This document shows positions 55,747 to 64,000 of a DNA stretch of 64,000 bases, one piece after another (the stretch's first letter is position 1; every line of letters starts with the position of its first letter). This DNA comes from Spirochaetota bacterium (GTDB taxonomy: Bacteria > Spirochaetota > Brevinematia > Brevinematales > Brevinemataceae), in assembly GCA_030154445.1 (NCBI GenBank), contig JAGUQW010000004.1, forward strand, positions 36,940-100,939, written 5' to 3'. A model generated the notes under the pieces. It saw only the letters and a list, made by a program, of their open reading frames with translations, was not told the DNA's origin and ran no database searches. Made by a program: the position numbers and the translations under genes.

Positions 55747-56949
55747 TTATTTATTTAATTTTTTGTAAGCTTTTAGACCTTCTTTCAAAATATTCATAGC
55801 ACGGATTAAAACATCTCTTTCCAAAGCATAACAAATACGAATTTCATTACGCCCTTCACCTCTAGTTGAATAGAAACCTTCTGCAGGAGCAACCATTATC
55901 GTCTCTCCATTGAGATCAAATTCACTCAATAACCAAGAAGCAAAGTTTTCTGCATTATCAACAGGCAAACCTACTAAACAATAAAAAGCTCCTTCAGGCT
56001 TGCGTGCAAATACACCTTCAATTTTGTGTAATTCTTCAAAAAGAGTATCTCTACGAAGACTATATTCTTCTCGAATAGGGATGAAAAAATCAGCAGATAA
56101 TGTGTACAAAGCTCTTGCTCCTACCATTTCTAGTGTTGGGGCAGCCAAACGAGCTTGGCATTGTCTATAAACTGCACTTATTAATTCTTTGTTTTTACTG
56201 ACTACACAACCAATTCGAGCCCCACAAGCAGAAAATCTTTTTGAGATAGAATCAATAATCACTACACGCTGAGCAATTTCTGGATATTCACCAAAACTTA
56301 TTGCCTTGATATCGCCATAAGCAAATTCCCTATATACTTCATCTGAAATAATAGTGATATCATATTTTTCTGCCAAAGTAATAAGTCTCTCTGTCTCTTC
56401 TCTTGTATAAACAGTTCCTGTAGGATTACTTGGACTAGAGAACATAATAGCTTTAACTTTTGAGGTAATGCATTTTTCCATCTCTTCTAAAGAAGGAAGG
56501 TGAAAACCATCTACTGCTTTGGTAGGAATAGATCGAACTACTATATTAAGCATTGAAAAAAAGCTTTGATAATTCGCATAAAATGGTTCGGGCACAAGAA
56601 TCTCATCACCTTCATCAAATAAAGCTGTTAAAACAAATTGAAATGCTTCACTGCCCCCATTGACTATCATCACTTCATCAACAGTATAATCAATATGATA
56701 ATCTGCAAAATATTGTACTATCTCTTGTCTGAGCTCTATCAATCCAGCAGAATGAGCATAAGAAAGTATTTTTTCATTTTTAGTATATTCCACAATCGCA
56801 TCATAAAAAATAGGTGGTGTATTGATATCTGGTTGACCAATATTCAAATGGATAATCTTTGTTCCTTTTTGTTTTGCTATCTCTGCAAAAGGCAATAATT
56901 TGCGAACAGGAGAAGTCTTTAAATTGTTAATACGGTTTGATAATTGCAT
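55747..56949 (-). CDS. Class I/II PLP aminotransferase (aspartate/aromatic type)
   Basis: NLKTSPVRKLLPFAEIAKQKGTKIIHLNIGQPD, NPTGTVY and the PLP lysine region IDSISKRFSACGARIG. Confidence 0.85.
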   Translation of the reverse strand: MQLSNRINNLKTSPVRKLLPFAEIAKQKGTKIIHLNIGQPDINTPPIFYDAIVEYTKNEKILSYAHSAGLIELRQEIVQYFADYHIDYTVDEVMIVNGGSEAFQFVLTALFDEGDEILVPEPFYANYQSFFSMLNIVVRSIPTKAVDGFHLPSLEEMEKCITSKVKAIMFSSPSNPTGTVYTREETERLITLAEKYDITIISDEVYREFAYGDIKAISFGEYPEIAQRVVIIDSISKRFSACGARIGCVVSKNKELISAVYRQCQARLAAPTLEMVGARALYTLSADFFIPIREEYSLRRDTLFEELHKIEGVFARKPEGAFYCLVGLPVDNAENFASWLLSEFDLNGETIMVAPAEGFYSTRGEGRNEIRICYALERDVLIRAMNILKEGLKAYKKLNK

Positions 56950-57064
56950 ATAGAATCCTTGTTAATTTTATAATATTTTTATCACTCAATGCGTAAATAA
57001 GAAACGCTTATATCAATTTCTATAATTTGAGTTATAAGATCTATGATCGTATCAAATTTATGAG

Positions 57065-58351
57065 TTAACTCCATTTAGTTTCGTCTAGTTCGTTCTCGGA
57101 TTTGGTAATAATAGTAGTACATACCATATCACCACCAACATTCAAGCTAGTTCGCCCCATATCCAAAATAGTATCAATACCCAAAATCATTGCATAAGCA
57201 GTTGCAATAGCAGATCCTTCTGTGAATTTAAATCCTATTGTTTCAAATACTAACAAAAGCATAATTGCTCCAGCTCCAGGAATCCCCGCCGTACCAATAG
57301 CTGCAAGACTAGCAGTAATCACAGTAGTAATTTGTTGCTCTATAGTAAGAGGCGTATTTGTTGCATACCCTACAAACATAGCACAAATACCAAGATAAAT
57401 CGCTGTACCATTCATATTGATAGTCGCCCCAAGAGGTAAAGTAAAAGAAGATATAGCCCTAGGTACTCCTAAATTTTCCATGCTATTCATAGAAACAGGC
57501 AAAGTCCCACTAGAAGAACGAGTAACAAATGCTGTAATAAAAGCTTGAGTAGTTTTTTTGAAAAATACAAAAACATTAAGTTTGCTCATAGCCAACATTC
57601 CACCGAATACAAGAAATAGTTGAACAATATAAGTAATATAACAAATAACTATAACGAATAATAAAGGGCCTAATACTTTAGCACCATGAATAGCAAAAAC
57701 TATAGAAATAAGAGCAAAAACACCTATAGGTGCATATTGCATTACTCCACCAACTATTACATAAATAGCCTCCACAGCTCCTTCAAGAACTTCGAGAAGT
57801 GCCTGTGCTCCTTTTACTTTTTTTTCTTTTAAAATAGCTATAGAAATACCAAAAAGAAAAGAAAAGAAAATAATAGGTAAAATATCACCTTTAACTAATG
57901 ACTCAATAGGATTTGTGGGAATAATATTAAGAAATACTTGCACCATAGATTGAGGTGGCTTTACAGTGATTACTGTTGCAATATCAGATACTAAATTCAT
58001 TCCTAAACCAGGCTTGAAAATATTAGCAGATAATAATCCCAGAAAAACAGCTGCAGCATTGGTAACAAAATAAAAAATTAGAATTTTGATTCCTACACTT
58101 CCTAATTTGGAAGGAGCTAAACTTGCTGCACCTACAATCAATGACAAACTCACAACAGGGATAACTATCATTTTTAATAATCGAATTAACACATCACCCA
58201 GAGGGTTTACTATACTGATATATGATTCCGTATCTACCTCTAAAACAATGAGAAGAACACCAACTATAGAACCCAAAACAATAGCAATAGTGATTTTTAA
58301 TAAGAGATTAATACTCAAATACCAATTTAAGAACGATTTTTTAGCATTCAT
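57065..58351 (-). CDS. Dicarboxylate/amino acid:cation symporter (DAACS; GltP/SstT-like)
   Basis: Typical DAACS features: FVTRSSSGTLPVSM, PLGATINMNGTAIY, AAIGTAGIPGAGAIM, DMGRTSLNVGGD. Confidence 0.85.
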   Translation of the reverse strand: MNAKKSFLNWYLSINLLLKITIAIVLGSIVGVLLIVLEVDTESYISIVNPLGDVLIRLLKMIVIPVVSLSLIVGAASLAPSKLGSVGIKILIFYFVTNAAAVFLGLLSANIFKPGLGMNLVSDIATVITVKPPQSMVQVFLNIIPTNPIESLVKGDILPIIFFSFLFGISIAILKEKKVKGAQALLEVLEGAVEAIYVIVGGVMQYAPIGVFALISIVFAIHGAKVLGPLLFVIVICYITYIVQLFLVFGGMLAMSKLNVFVFFKKTTQAFITAFVTRSSSGTLPVSMNSMENLGVPRAISSFTLPLGATINMNGTAIYLGICAMFVGYATNTPLTIEQQITTVITASLAAIGTAGIPGAGAIMLLLVFETIGFKFTEGSAIATAYAMILGIDTILDMGRTSLNVGGDMVCTTIITKSENELDETKWS

Positions 58352-58368
58352 TTTTTTATCTCCTTTGT

Positions 58369-58568
58369 AGAATGAGCATAAGAAAGTATTTTTCCTTTTT
58401 AGTATATTTTACCATTGCATCATAAAAAATAAGTGGCGTATTACCATACGGTTGACTAATATTTAAATGGATAATCTTTGTTCTTTTTTGTTTTGCTATC
58501 TCTGCAAAAAGCAATGATTTACGAACAGGAGATATTTTTAAATTGTTAATACGGTTTAATAATTATAT
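58369..58568 (-). pseudogene. Decayed duplicate of the first ~67 codons of the aminotransferase gene
   Basis: Aligns to 56749-56949 (see finding). The start codon is mutated (ATG to ATA) and there is a 1-nt deletion. It lies directly upstream of the symporter RBS. Confidence 0.85.
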
Positions 58569-58586
58569 ATATAATCCTTTTTAATT

Positions 58587-59693
58587 TTATAATACTGTTA
58601 ACGCTTTAGTGTAAGGTATATTTAAAGCTTCTGCAACACCTTTAAAAGTACAATATCCCAGATAGGTATTAAGACCCTCTAGAATAGCACTATTTGTTCG
58701 ACAAGCTTCTTCCACGCCCATACCAGCAATTTGTAAGCCATAAATCAGCGTAGCATTAGTTAGTGCTAAAGTTGAGGTACGAGCCACAGCTCCAGGCATA
58801 TTAGCTACACAATAATGAACAACACCATCAACAATATAAACAGGATCGCTATGCGTAGTGGCTTTGGATGTTTCAAAACATCCTCCTTGATCTATCGCCA
58901 CATCTACTAATATCGCTCCTTTTTTCATCAAGGATAAATCATTTTTACTAATTAATTTTGGTGCTTTTGCTCCAGGAATAAGAACAGCTCCTATGATCAC
59001 ATCTGCAATAGGAAGAATACTTTCTATACTTCCTCTATTACTTTGTAATGTTTTGATACGCATATTAAAAATCTGATCAATATAGGAAAGTCTTTCGTTA
59101 CTAATATCTAAAATAGTAACATCAGCCCCTATACCCACAGCTATTTGAGCAGCATTAATTCCAACAACGCCACCACCTATAATCACAACATTTGCTTTTG
59201 GAGTACCTGGAACACCACCAAGAAGAAGTCCTAATCCACCATAAGTTTTTTCTATATATTTAGCACCTTCTTGAACAGACAAACGACCTGCAATGGCACT
59301 CATAGGAGCCAAACAAGGTAGTTGTCGATTTTCAGAAATTGTTTCATAAGCAATAGAACATATTTTTTTGTTCAAGAGCATTTCTGTAAGGGTTTTATCC
59401 GCTGCTAGATGCAAGTATGTATAAAGAATAGTATTATTTCGAAAATAATGATACTCTTCTGCTATTGGTTCTTTGACTTTAATAATCATTTCTGATTTTT
59501 CAAAAAGAGTTTTTTTGTCTGTAACAATAGCTCCAGCTAATTCATAATCAGCATCTGTAAAGCCAATCCCTTCTCCTGCATTTGACTCTACATAAATAGT
59601 ATGCCCTTTCATAACATAAGCTTTAATGTTTGGAGGTGTAAGACCTACCCTATATTCATGGGTTTTTATTTCTTTTGGACACCCTATAATCAT
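58587..59693 (-). CDS. ald: Alanine dehydrogenase
   Basis: MIIGCPKEIKTHEYRVGLTP, NAD motif VVIIGGGVVGINAA, VDVAIDQGG. Confidence 0.95.
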   Translation of the reverse strand: MIIGCPKEIKTHEYRVGLTPPNIKAYVMKGHTIYVESNAGEGIGFTDADYELAGAIVTDKKTLFEKSEMIIKVKEPIAEEYHYFRNNTILYTYLHLAADKTLTEMLLNKKICSIAYETISENRQLPCLAPMSAIAGRLSVQEGAKYIEKTYGGLGLLLGGVPGTPKANVVIIGGGVVGINAAQIAVGIGADVTILDISNERLSYIDQIFNMRIKTLQSNRGSIESILPIADVIIGAVLIPGAKAPKLISKNDLSLMKKGAILVDVAIDQGGCFETSKATTHSDPVYIVDGVVHYCVANMPGAVARTSTLALTNATLIYGLQIAGMGVEEACRTNSAILEGLNTYLGYCTFKGVAEALNIPYTKALTVL

Positions 59694-59807
59694 AATTAAT
59701 CTCCTAAGATATATTTACTATATTATTGCATATACTATCATTAAGTCAATATGATTTTCATAATGTATATAAAATAAAAATATCTTTTATCCTTTTTCTA
59801 CGAATAG

Positions 59808-59836
59808 TTGCAAAAAATACTATTTTATAAGATACT
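59808..59836 (+). promoter_or_regulatory. Candidate sigma70 promoter for batD
   Basis: TTGCAA-17 nt-GATACT. Confidence 0.4.
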
Positions 59837-59871
59837 ATGATATCTTTTTATAAATCACTTAGGAGAACATT

Positions 59872-61593
59872 ATGCACTATATTATTTCTCTCTTTATTAT
59901 CTTTTTTCAAATAACTCTTTTTGCTACAGATCCTGTAATTCGTATTAGCGTAAATCCTCCTGCTATAGGAACTAATGAAGTTGCTGAAATCAGAATTGAT
60001 GTTTATAATGAATCTTTATCAGAAATACCAAGTCCTTCTACTAATTCTCAGAAATTCAATATATCATACAAAGGAATGTCATCTCAGCGTCAATTAATAA
60101 ATATCAATGGTAATATACAGGTAAAAAATATTTATGCTTATATTTATCAATTCACACCTAACTCAACAGGAAAAATAAATATTCCAACTTTTATTATTAC
60201 CACTAAAAAAGGCAAACAGATCTATAGTGAATCCAGTTCTATCACTGTAGAAAATACAGATAGATTGCAAGCACCGAATCCAAAGCGTGGTGGAAATCCA
60301 TTTAGTATGTTTGTAGAAGGGCCTACAGAGGCTTTTTTGCAGTTAGATGTTACAAGAAATAAACTTTATCAAAATACAGGACTAATTGCTGATCTTTATC
60401 TCTTTTCTGATGATACTGATTTTTTAAATCAAAGAAAAAGAGCTCAGCAAGCCTATCCTCCAAGATTTGATGGAGGATTAGTACATTCTATTACTATTCC
60501 TGAACAAACTGAGATTATCACGAGAACATTTGGTACTAGTGTTTTGTATGGTAAGCTTATTACTAAATACATTATTTTTCCATTAGAAAAAGGAAAACTA
60601 AATTTTTATCCCCCAGCATTCTATATCCAAAGTGGAATACGCAATTTTAATATTGTAGGCGATCCCATAGAAATCGAATCTATCCCTATTACTAAGAATC
60701 TTACTTATATTGGTGATGAATTAACTCTCTCTGTCAACCTTTCCCAAAACAAAATGAACGCTACCGAGGAACAAATATTAACTTTCAGTATTGAAGGCGA
60801 TGGAAATGTGGATTTTTTTGTCGATCCATTCAAAAATTTATTATTAACTAATTTGTTTATTTCATCACCAACAAGCACCTTAGAATTAGGTATTGAAGAT
60901 TCTAATAATTCCAATAATATCTATATGAAAAAAGTGTTTACTTATACTATTATACCAAAGCAAGAAGGCTCATATACTATTCCATCAGTAACACTTAATT
61001 ATGCTGATAACTCTGGAAATTTTACAAGCTCCAAAACAGAGGCTTTTACTTTACAAGTATCTGCTAATAATTCTCAACAAAATACCACTACAAAAAAAAT
61101 GACTTTGTTACCAGAAATATCACAAACATTCTTTTATAATTCTGGTATTCAATATATAATAGGATCTCTTATTATAGGTTTGTTGATTATGTTTGTATCA
61201 GTTTTACAAGCAATAAAAATCAACAAACTTTCTACAGATATCAATTATGCTCGTGCTAGTGGAGCACAAAAGCGTCTTCAACAAATTATGGCTCATAGTG
61301 AAAAAGCAATAAAAGATAATCAATACAAAGAAGCTGCTCGCCTTATTAGACAAAGTGTTTTATATTTTTGTGCTGATAAATTTAGTATTAGTAACTCATC
61401 ATCTCCTCAAGATATTCTTGATTACCTTGAAAAAAATAATATTGAATTTGCTTTTCAAACAGGGTTTTTACAATTACTTAACATTTTAGATTTCCATGCT
61501 TTTGCAACAACTCCTTCAGATAATCAAATAAAAAATTATCTATCCGAAGCTTATACTATTTTGAATGAAATCAACAAAATAAAAATCAAATAA
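59872..61593 (+). CDS. batD: BatD-like (aerotolerance operon-type) membrane protein
   Basis: Signal peptide and three BatD-type beta-sandwich modules (ISVNPPAIGTNEVAEIRIDV; LDVTRNKLYQNTGLIADLYLF; LSVNLSQNKMNATEEQILTFSIEGDGNV). One TM helix near residue 430 and a helical cytoplasmic tail. Confidence 0.55.
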   Translation: MHYIISLFIIFFQITLFATDPVIRISVNPPAIGTNEVAEIRIDVYNESLSEIPSPSTNSQKFNISYKGMSSQRQLININGNIQVKNIYAYIYQFTPNSTGKINIPTFIITTKKGKQIYSESSSITVENTDRLQAPNPKRGGNPFSMFVEGPTEAFLQLDVTRNKLYQNTGLIADLYLFSDDTDFLNQRKRAQQAYPPRFDGGLVHSITIPEQTEIITRTFGTSVLYGKLITKYIIFPLEKGKLNFYPPAFYIQSGIRNFNIVGDPIEIESIPITKNLTYIGDELTLSVNLSQNKMNATEEQILTFSIEGDGNVDFFVDPFKNLLLTNLFISSPTSTLELGIEDSNNSNNIYMKKVFTYTIIPKQEGSYTIPSVTLNYADNSGNFTSSKTEAFTLQVSANNSQQNTTTKKMTLLPEISQTFFYNSGIQYIIGSLIIGLLIMFVSVLQAIKINKLSTDINYARASGAQKRLQQIMAHSEKAIKDNQYKEAARLIRQSVLYFCADKFSISNSSSPQDILDYLEKNNIEFAFQTGFLQLLNILDFHAFATTPSDNQIKNYLSEAYTILNEINKIKIK

Positions 61594-61611
61594 TCATCTT
61601 TGACAACAATC

Positions 61612-61645
61612 AAAAAAGACTAATAAATTTAGTAGTCTTTTTTAT
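61612..61645. terminator. Bidirectional terminator between convergent batD and the GT2 gene
   Basis: AAAAAAGACTA-ATAAATTTAG-TAGTCTTTTTT. Confidence 0.6.
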
Positions 61646-61671
61646 ATTTAATACTATAAAAATTGTATTTT

Positions 61672-62397
61672 TTATTTTTTTATTGGTAATAAAGCAAATA
61701 TTTTTCTTACCCTGATTAGAGGACAACCCCAGATAGCTTCATAGATAATACTACCTTGTAATTTGGTCTCACCAATAGTTCTATCCACAAAAACAATAGG
61801 TGCTTCTTGAATATTAAAACCCGCATAATAAGCTGACGATTTCATTTCAATTTGAAACATATATCCTTTAGCATGAATATGGTCTAAATCAATCTTTTCA
61901 AGCACTTCTTTGGTATAAGCATTATAACCACCAGTAAGATCCGTATAAGGCACTCCTGTGGTAATTTTAGCATAAAAATTAGCACAGATACTCAAAAACA
62001 ATCTCTTTACATCCCAATCCAAAATTCTCACCCCATCAACATAACGAGAGCCTAGTACGACTTGTGCTCCTGTAATAATTTTATTAATAAAATGTTTCAA
62101 GTCTTTAGGATCGTGTGATAGATCAGCGTCCATTTGTATGACAAAATCATAACCTAATTCTAAGGCTTTTTTAAACCCAGCAATGTAAGCTCTTCCTAAT
62201 CCATCTTTTATTTGTCTATCAAGAAGAAAAATTCTTGTATCAAATTCATTGAGAGATCTTACTAATTCTGCTGTACCATCTGGAGAATTATCATCTACTA
62301 CCAATACATCAAGATCATAATTATTAATAATCTGGGGAATAATTCGTTCTATATTACCTACTTCATTGTATGTAGGAATGATTACAAGACCTTTCAT
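61672..62397 (-). CDS. Family-2 glycosyltransferase, polyprenol-phosphate mannose/glucose synthase-like
   Basis: VIIPTYNEVGNI, VLVVDDNSPDGT and IQMDADLSHDP (DxD). ATG at 62397 after a GGAGAG RBS. The track start at 62463 adds an implausible leader. Confidence 0.8.
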   Translation of the reverse strand: MKGLVIIPTYNEVGNIERIIPQIINNYDLDVLVVDDNSPDGTAELVRSLNEFDTRIFLLDRQIKDGLGRAYIAGFKKALELGYDFVIQMDADLSHDPKDLKHFINKIITGAQVVLGSRYVDGVRILDWDVKRLFLSICANFYAKITTGVPYTDLTGGYNAYTKEVLEKIDLDHIHAKGYMFQIEMKSSAYYAGFNIQEAPIVFVDRTIGETKLQGSIIYEAIWGCPLIRVRKIFALLPIKK

Positions 62398-62449
62398 GTT
62401 ACTCTCCATCAAATATAAGTGTAATAATATTAGTATTATACTTATATTT

Positions 62450-62498
62450 CTTATTAATTTCAACTATATAATATTTTGATATAGTTGAAATTAATAAG
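62450..62498. repeat. Perfect 20-bp inverted repeat with 9-nt spacer in a divergent intergenic region
   Basis: CTTATTAATTTCAACTATAT-aatattttg-ATATAGTTGAAATTAATAAG. Confidence 0.9.
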
Positions 62499-62571
62499 AT
62501 TCTGAATTATACTTAAATTATAAAATAATATTTTTATTTTTAATAAAAATTATAATCTTAAGGAAACATCT

Positions 62572-64000
62572 ATGAAGCACTTTTTCTTCCTATTTTTATT
62601 TATGGGATTACTCACATCTTCGTTTGGTACAACAACATCTTTCATCACTGATAACAAATTTAACAATCTATGGTTATGGCAATTATCTAACACAACAGTT
62701 ACACAAGAGAAAGGTATTTCTTTATCCAAAGAAACCACTAAAAATTTTCAAACATCTCAACTATTATGGACAGGAGTATATATTAATAACTCTTTTTATC
62801 TCGGTACTGCTGAAGAATCCAAAATACTAAAAATAGATCGTGATTTCAAAGAAACAGAAATTTTTTCCTCCTCTAATCATTCTATCATCAGTTCTATTGT
62901 TGCTGAAAATGATGGGATTCTCTTTGCTGCATCACCAGAAAGCACCTTATATCATCTAAATAAAAATTATAGTATTGTTTCTAACACTAGCTTGTCTAAT
63001 AGTTATGTTTGGGATATTGTACCGAATCCAAAAGGTGGATATTATATTTTGACAGGACTTAGTGCTACCGTATATGAATATAACAATTTCACATTAAGTA
63101 ATCCTATCATAATAGATGTAGAAGAGCATCTTCTACAAGGATTATATGTTAATGATACCTTATGGGTACTTGGTGAAAAAGCACTCTACAAAAAACAAAA
63201 TGATCGCTTTATTGCGATAGCTCTTTTTGAGGGAACTGCCTCTGGATTTACTTATACTAATAATAATTTTTATATTATTCATAGTGTAACTCAAGAAGAA
63301 AATCCTGCTACAGGTCAACCAGAACAAATTATTAGTAAATTAACTTCTATTTCTTTGTCTGGAGCAATAGAAACATTGTATGAACTAAATGGTTTTTATT
63401 TCACTTCTGTAGGCATTTTTAATAATAATATTGTTATAGGTGCTGATCAATTTGGATTGTATATTATGTATGATATTATTACTAAAAAAAGTTATTATTC
63501 TGGACTAGGAGAAGGTAAAATTTTAGAACTATTTAATGTTAATAATTCTCTTATGTTATTATCGAGTGATACTTCTGCCTTATGGACGATGAAAAATACT
63601 ATATCTTCTACGGGGTCTTTCACCTCAGAAGTTTATGATGCTGGTAACATCGCATCATGGGGGAATTTCTTTACTAAAGTTTCAACGCCACCAAATACAA
63701 GTATTCAGTTTTTTGTTCAAAGTGGAGTTACTACCAATCCAAAATATTGGGAAGATTGGAAAGAAATCTCAGCAAACCAAAAAATAACAACACCTATGGC
63801 ACAATATATTCGTTACAAAGCTATTCTCAAATCTGATGGAATCAAAATGCCTTATGTAGAAGAGGTCAAATTTCCTTACACTCAATTAAATCTCAAGCCT
63901 TCTATTAATAATATTGATATAGAATTAACCGAGCAAAATATTATCATAAATTGGTCAGCAAGCGATCCTAATGATGATACCCTAGAGTACGATATTTATC
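62572..64000 (+). CDS. Secreted repeat protein, uncharacterised (CDS runs off the right edge)
   Basis: Absent from the track because it is open at the edge. My translation from the ATG at 62572 (AAGGA RBS) reads MKHFFFLFLFMGLLTSSFG (signal peptide), then beta-propeller-like repeats and a beta-sandwich-like segment (GSFTSEVYDAGNIASWGNFF...IQFFVQSG...YIRYKAILKSD), with no stop up to 64000. Confidence 0.6.
   Translation, partial: MKHFFFLFLFMGLLTSSFGTTTSFITDNKFNNLWLWQLSNTTVTQEKGISLSKETTKNFQTSQLLWTGVYINNSFYLGTAEESKILKIDRDFKETEIFSSSNHSIISSIVAENDGILFAASPESTLYHLNKNYSIVSNTSLSNSYVWDIVPNPKGGYYILTGLSATVYEYNNFTLSNPIIIDVEEHLLQGLYVNDTLWVLGEKALYKKQNDRFIAIALFEGTASGFTYTNNNFYIIHSVTQEENPATGQPEQIISKLTSISLSGAIETLYELNGFYFTSVGIFNNNIVIGADQFGLYIMYDIITKKSYYSGLGEGKILELFNVNNSLMLLSSDTSALWTMKNTISSTGSFTSEVYDAGNIASWGNFFTKVSTPPNTSIQFFVQSGVTTNPKYWEDWKEISANQKITTPMAQYIRYKAILKSDGIKMPYVEEVKFPYTQLNLKPSINNIDIELTEQNIIINWSASDPNDDTLEYDIY

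Noticed and set aside
1-64000. CRISPR arrays, IS elements, prophage or integrative islands
   Set aside because: I found no regularly spaced direct repeats, no transposase or phage-type genes, and no tRNA-flanked island. The tRNA-Gln is followed directly by prs. The XerC/D-like gene at the left edge looks like the housekeeping recombinase rather than an island integrase, although its context lies outside the window.

Overview
This AT-rich window (roughly 28-30% GC by eye) is almost entirely core chromosome from a spirochaete. The spirochaete assignment rests on a FlaA flagellar sheath protein, a FlgF/FlgG-family rod protein, SpoVG, BatD and Lol components. I call about 60 protein genes, including lolCE-lolD-ispE-spoVG, prs, ftsW, cdaA-cdaR, secG, ispD, glgA, ddl-ftsQ-ftsA-ftsZ, ruvC, htrA, nhaC, mnmE, yidC, murA, flaA, chrA, cysS, smpB, yggSTU, three tandem MATE pumps, rpsA, an aspartate-type aminotransferase, a DAACS symporter, ald and batD. 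Two edge-truncated CDSs are missing from the ORF track: a XerC/D-like recombinase at the left edge and a secreted repeat protein at the right edge. I also call one tRNA-Gln(UUG), about a dozen clear intrinsic terminators and several near-consensus sigma70 promoters. I found no CRISPR array, rRNA, IS element or prophage. The most unusual gene is a 488-aa orphan between yidC and mnmE with a ParB/Srx-like N-terminus (DGNTR motif) and an unrecognisable C-terminal half. The clearest structural event is a ~227-bp diverged direct duplication of the aminotransferase 5' end plus leader, which now brackets the symporter gene. Other points worth a second look are enzyme homologues with substituted catalytic residues (Eda-like, TyrA-like), an elongated FtsZ, a cdaA-cdaR operon followed by a THUMP-less ThiI-like gene, and a few palindromic or structured intergenic elements. 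All functional calls come from my reading of the translated motifs. No database search was run.
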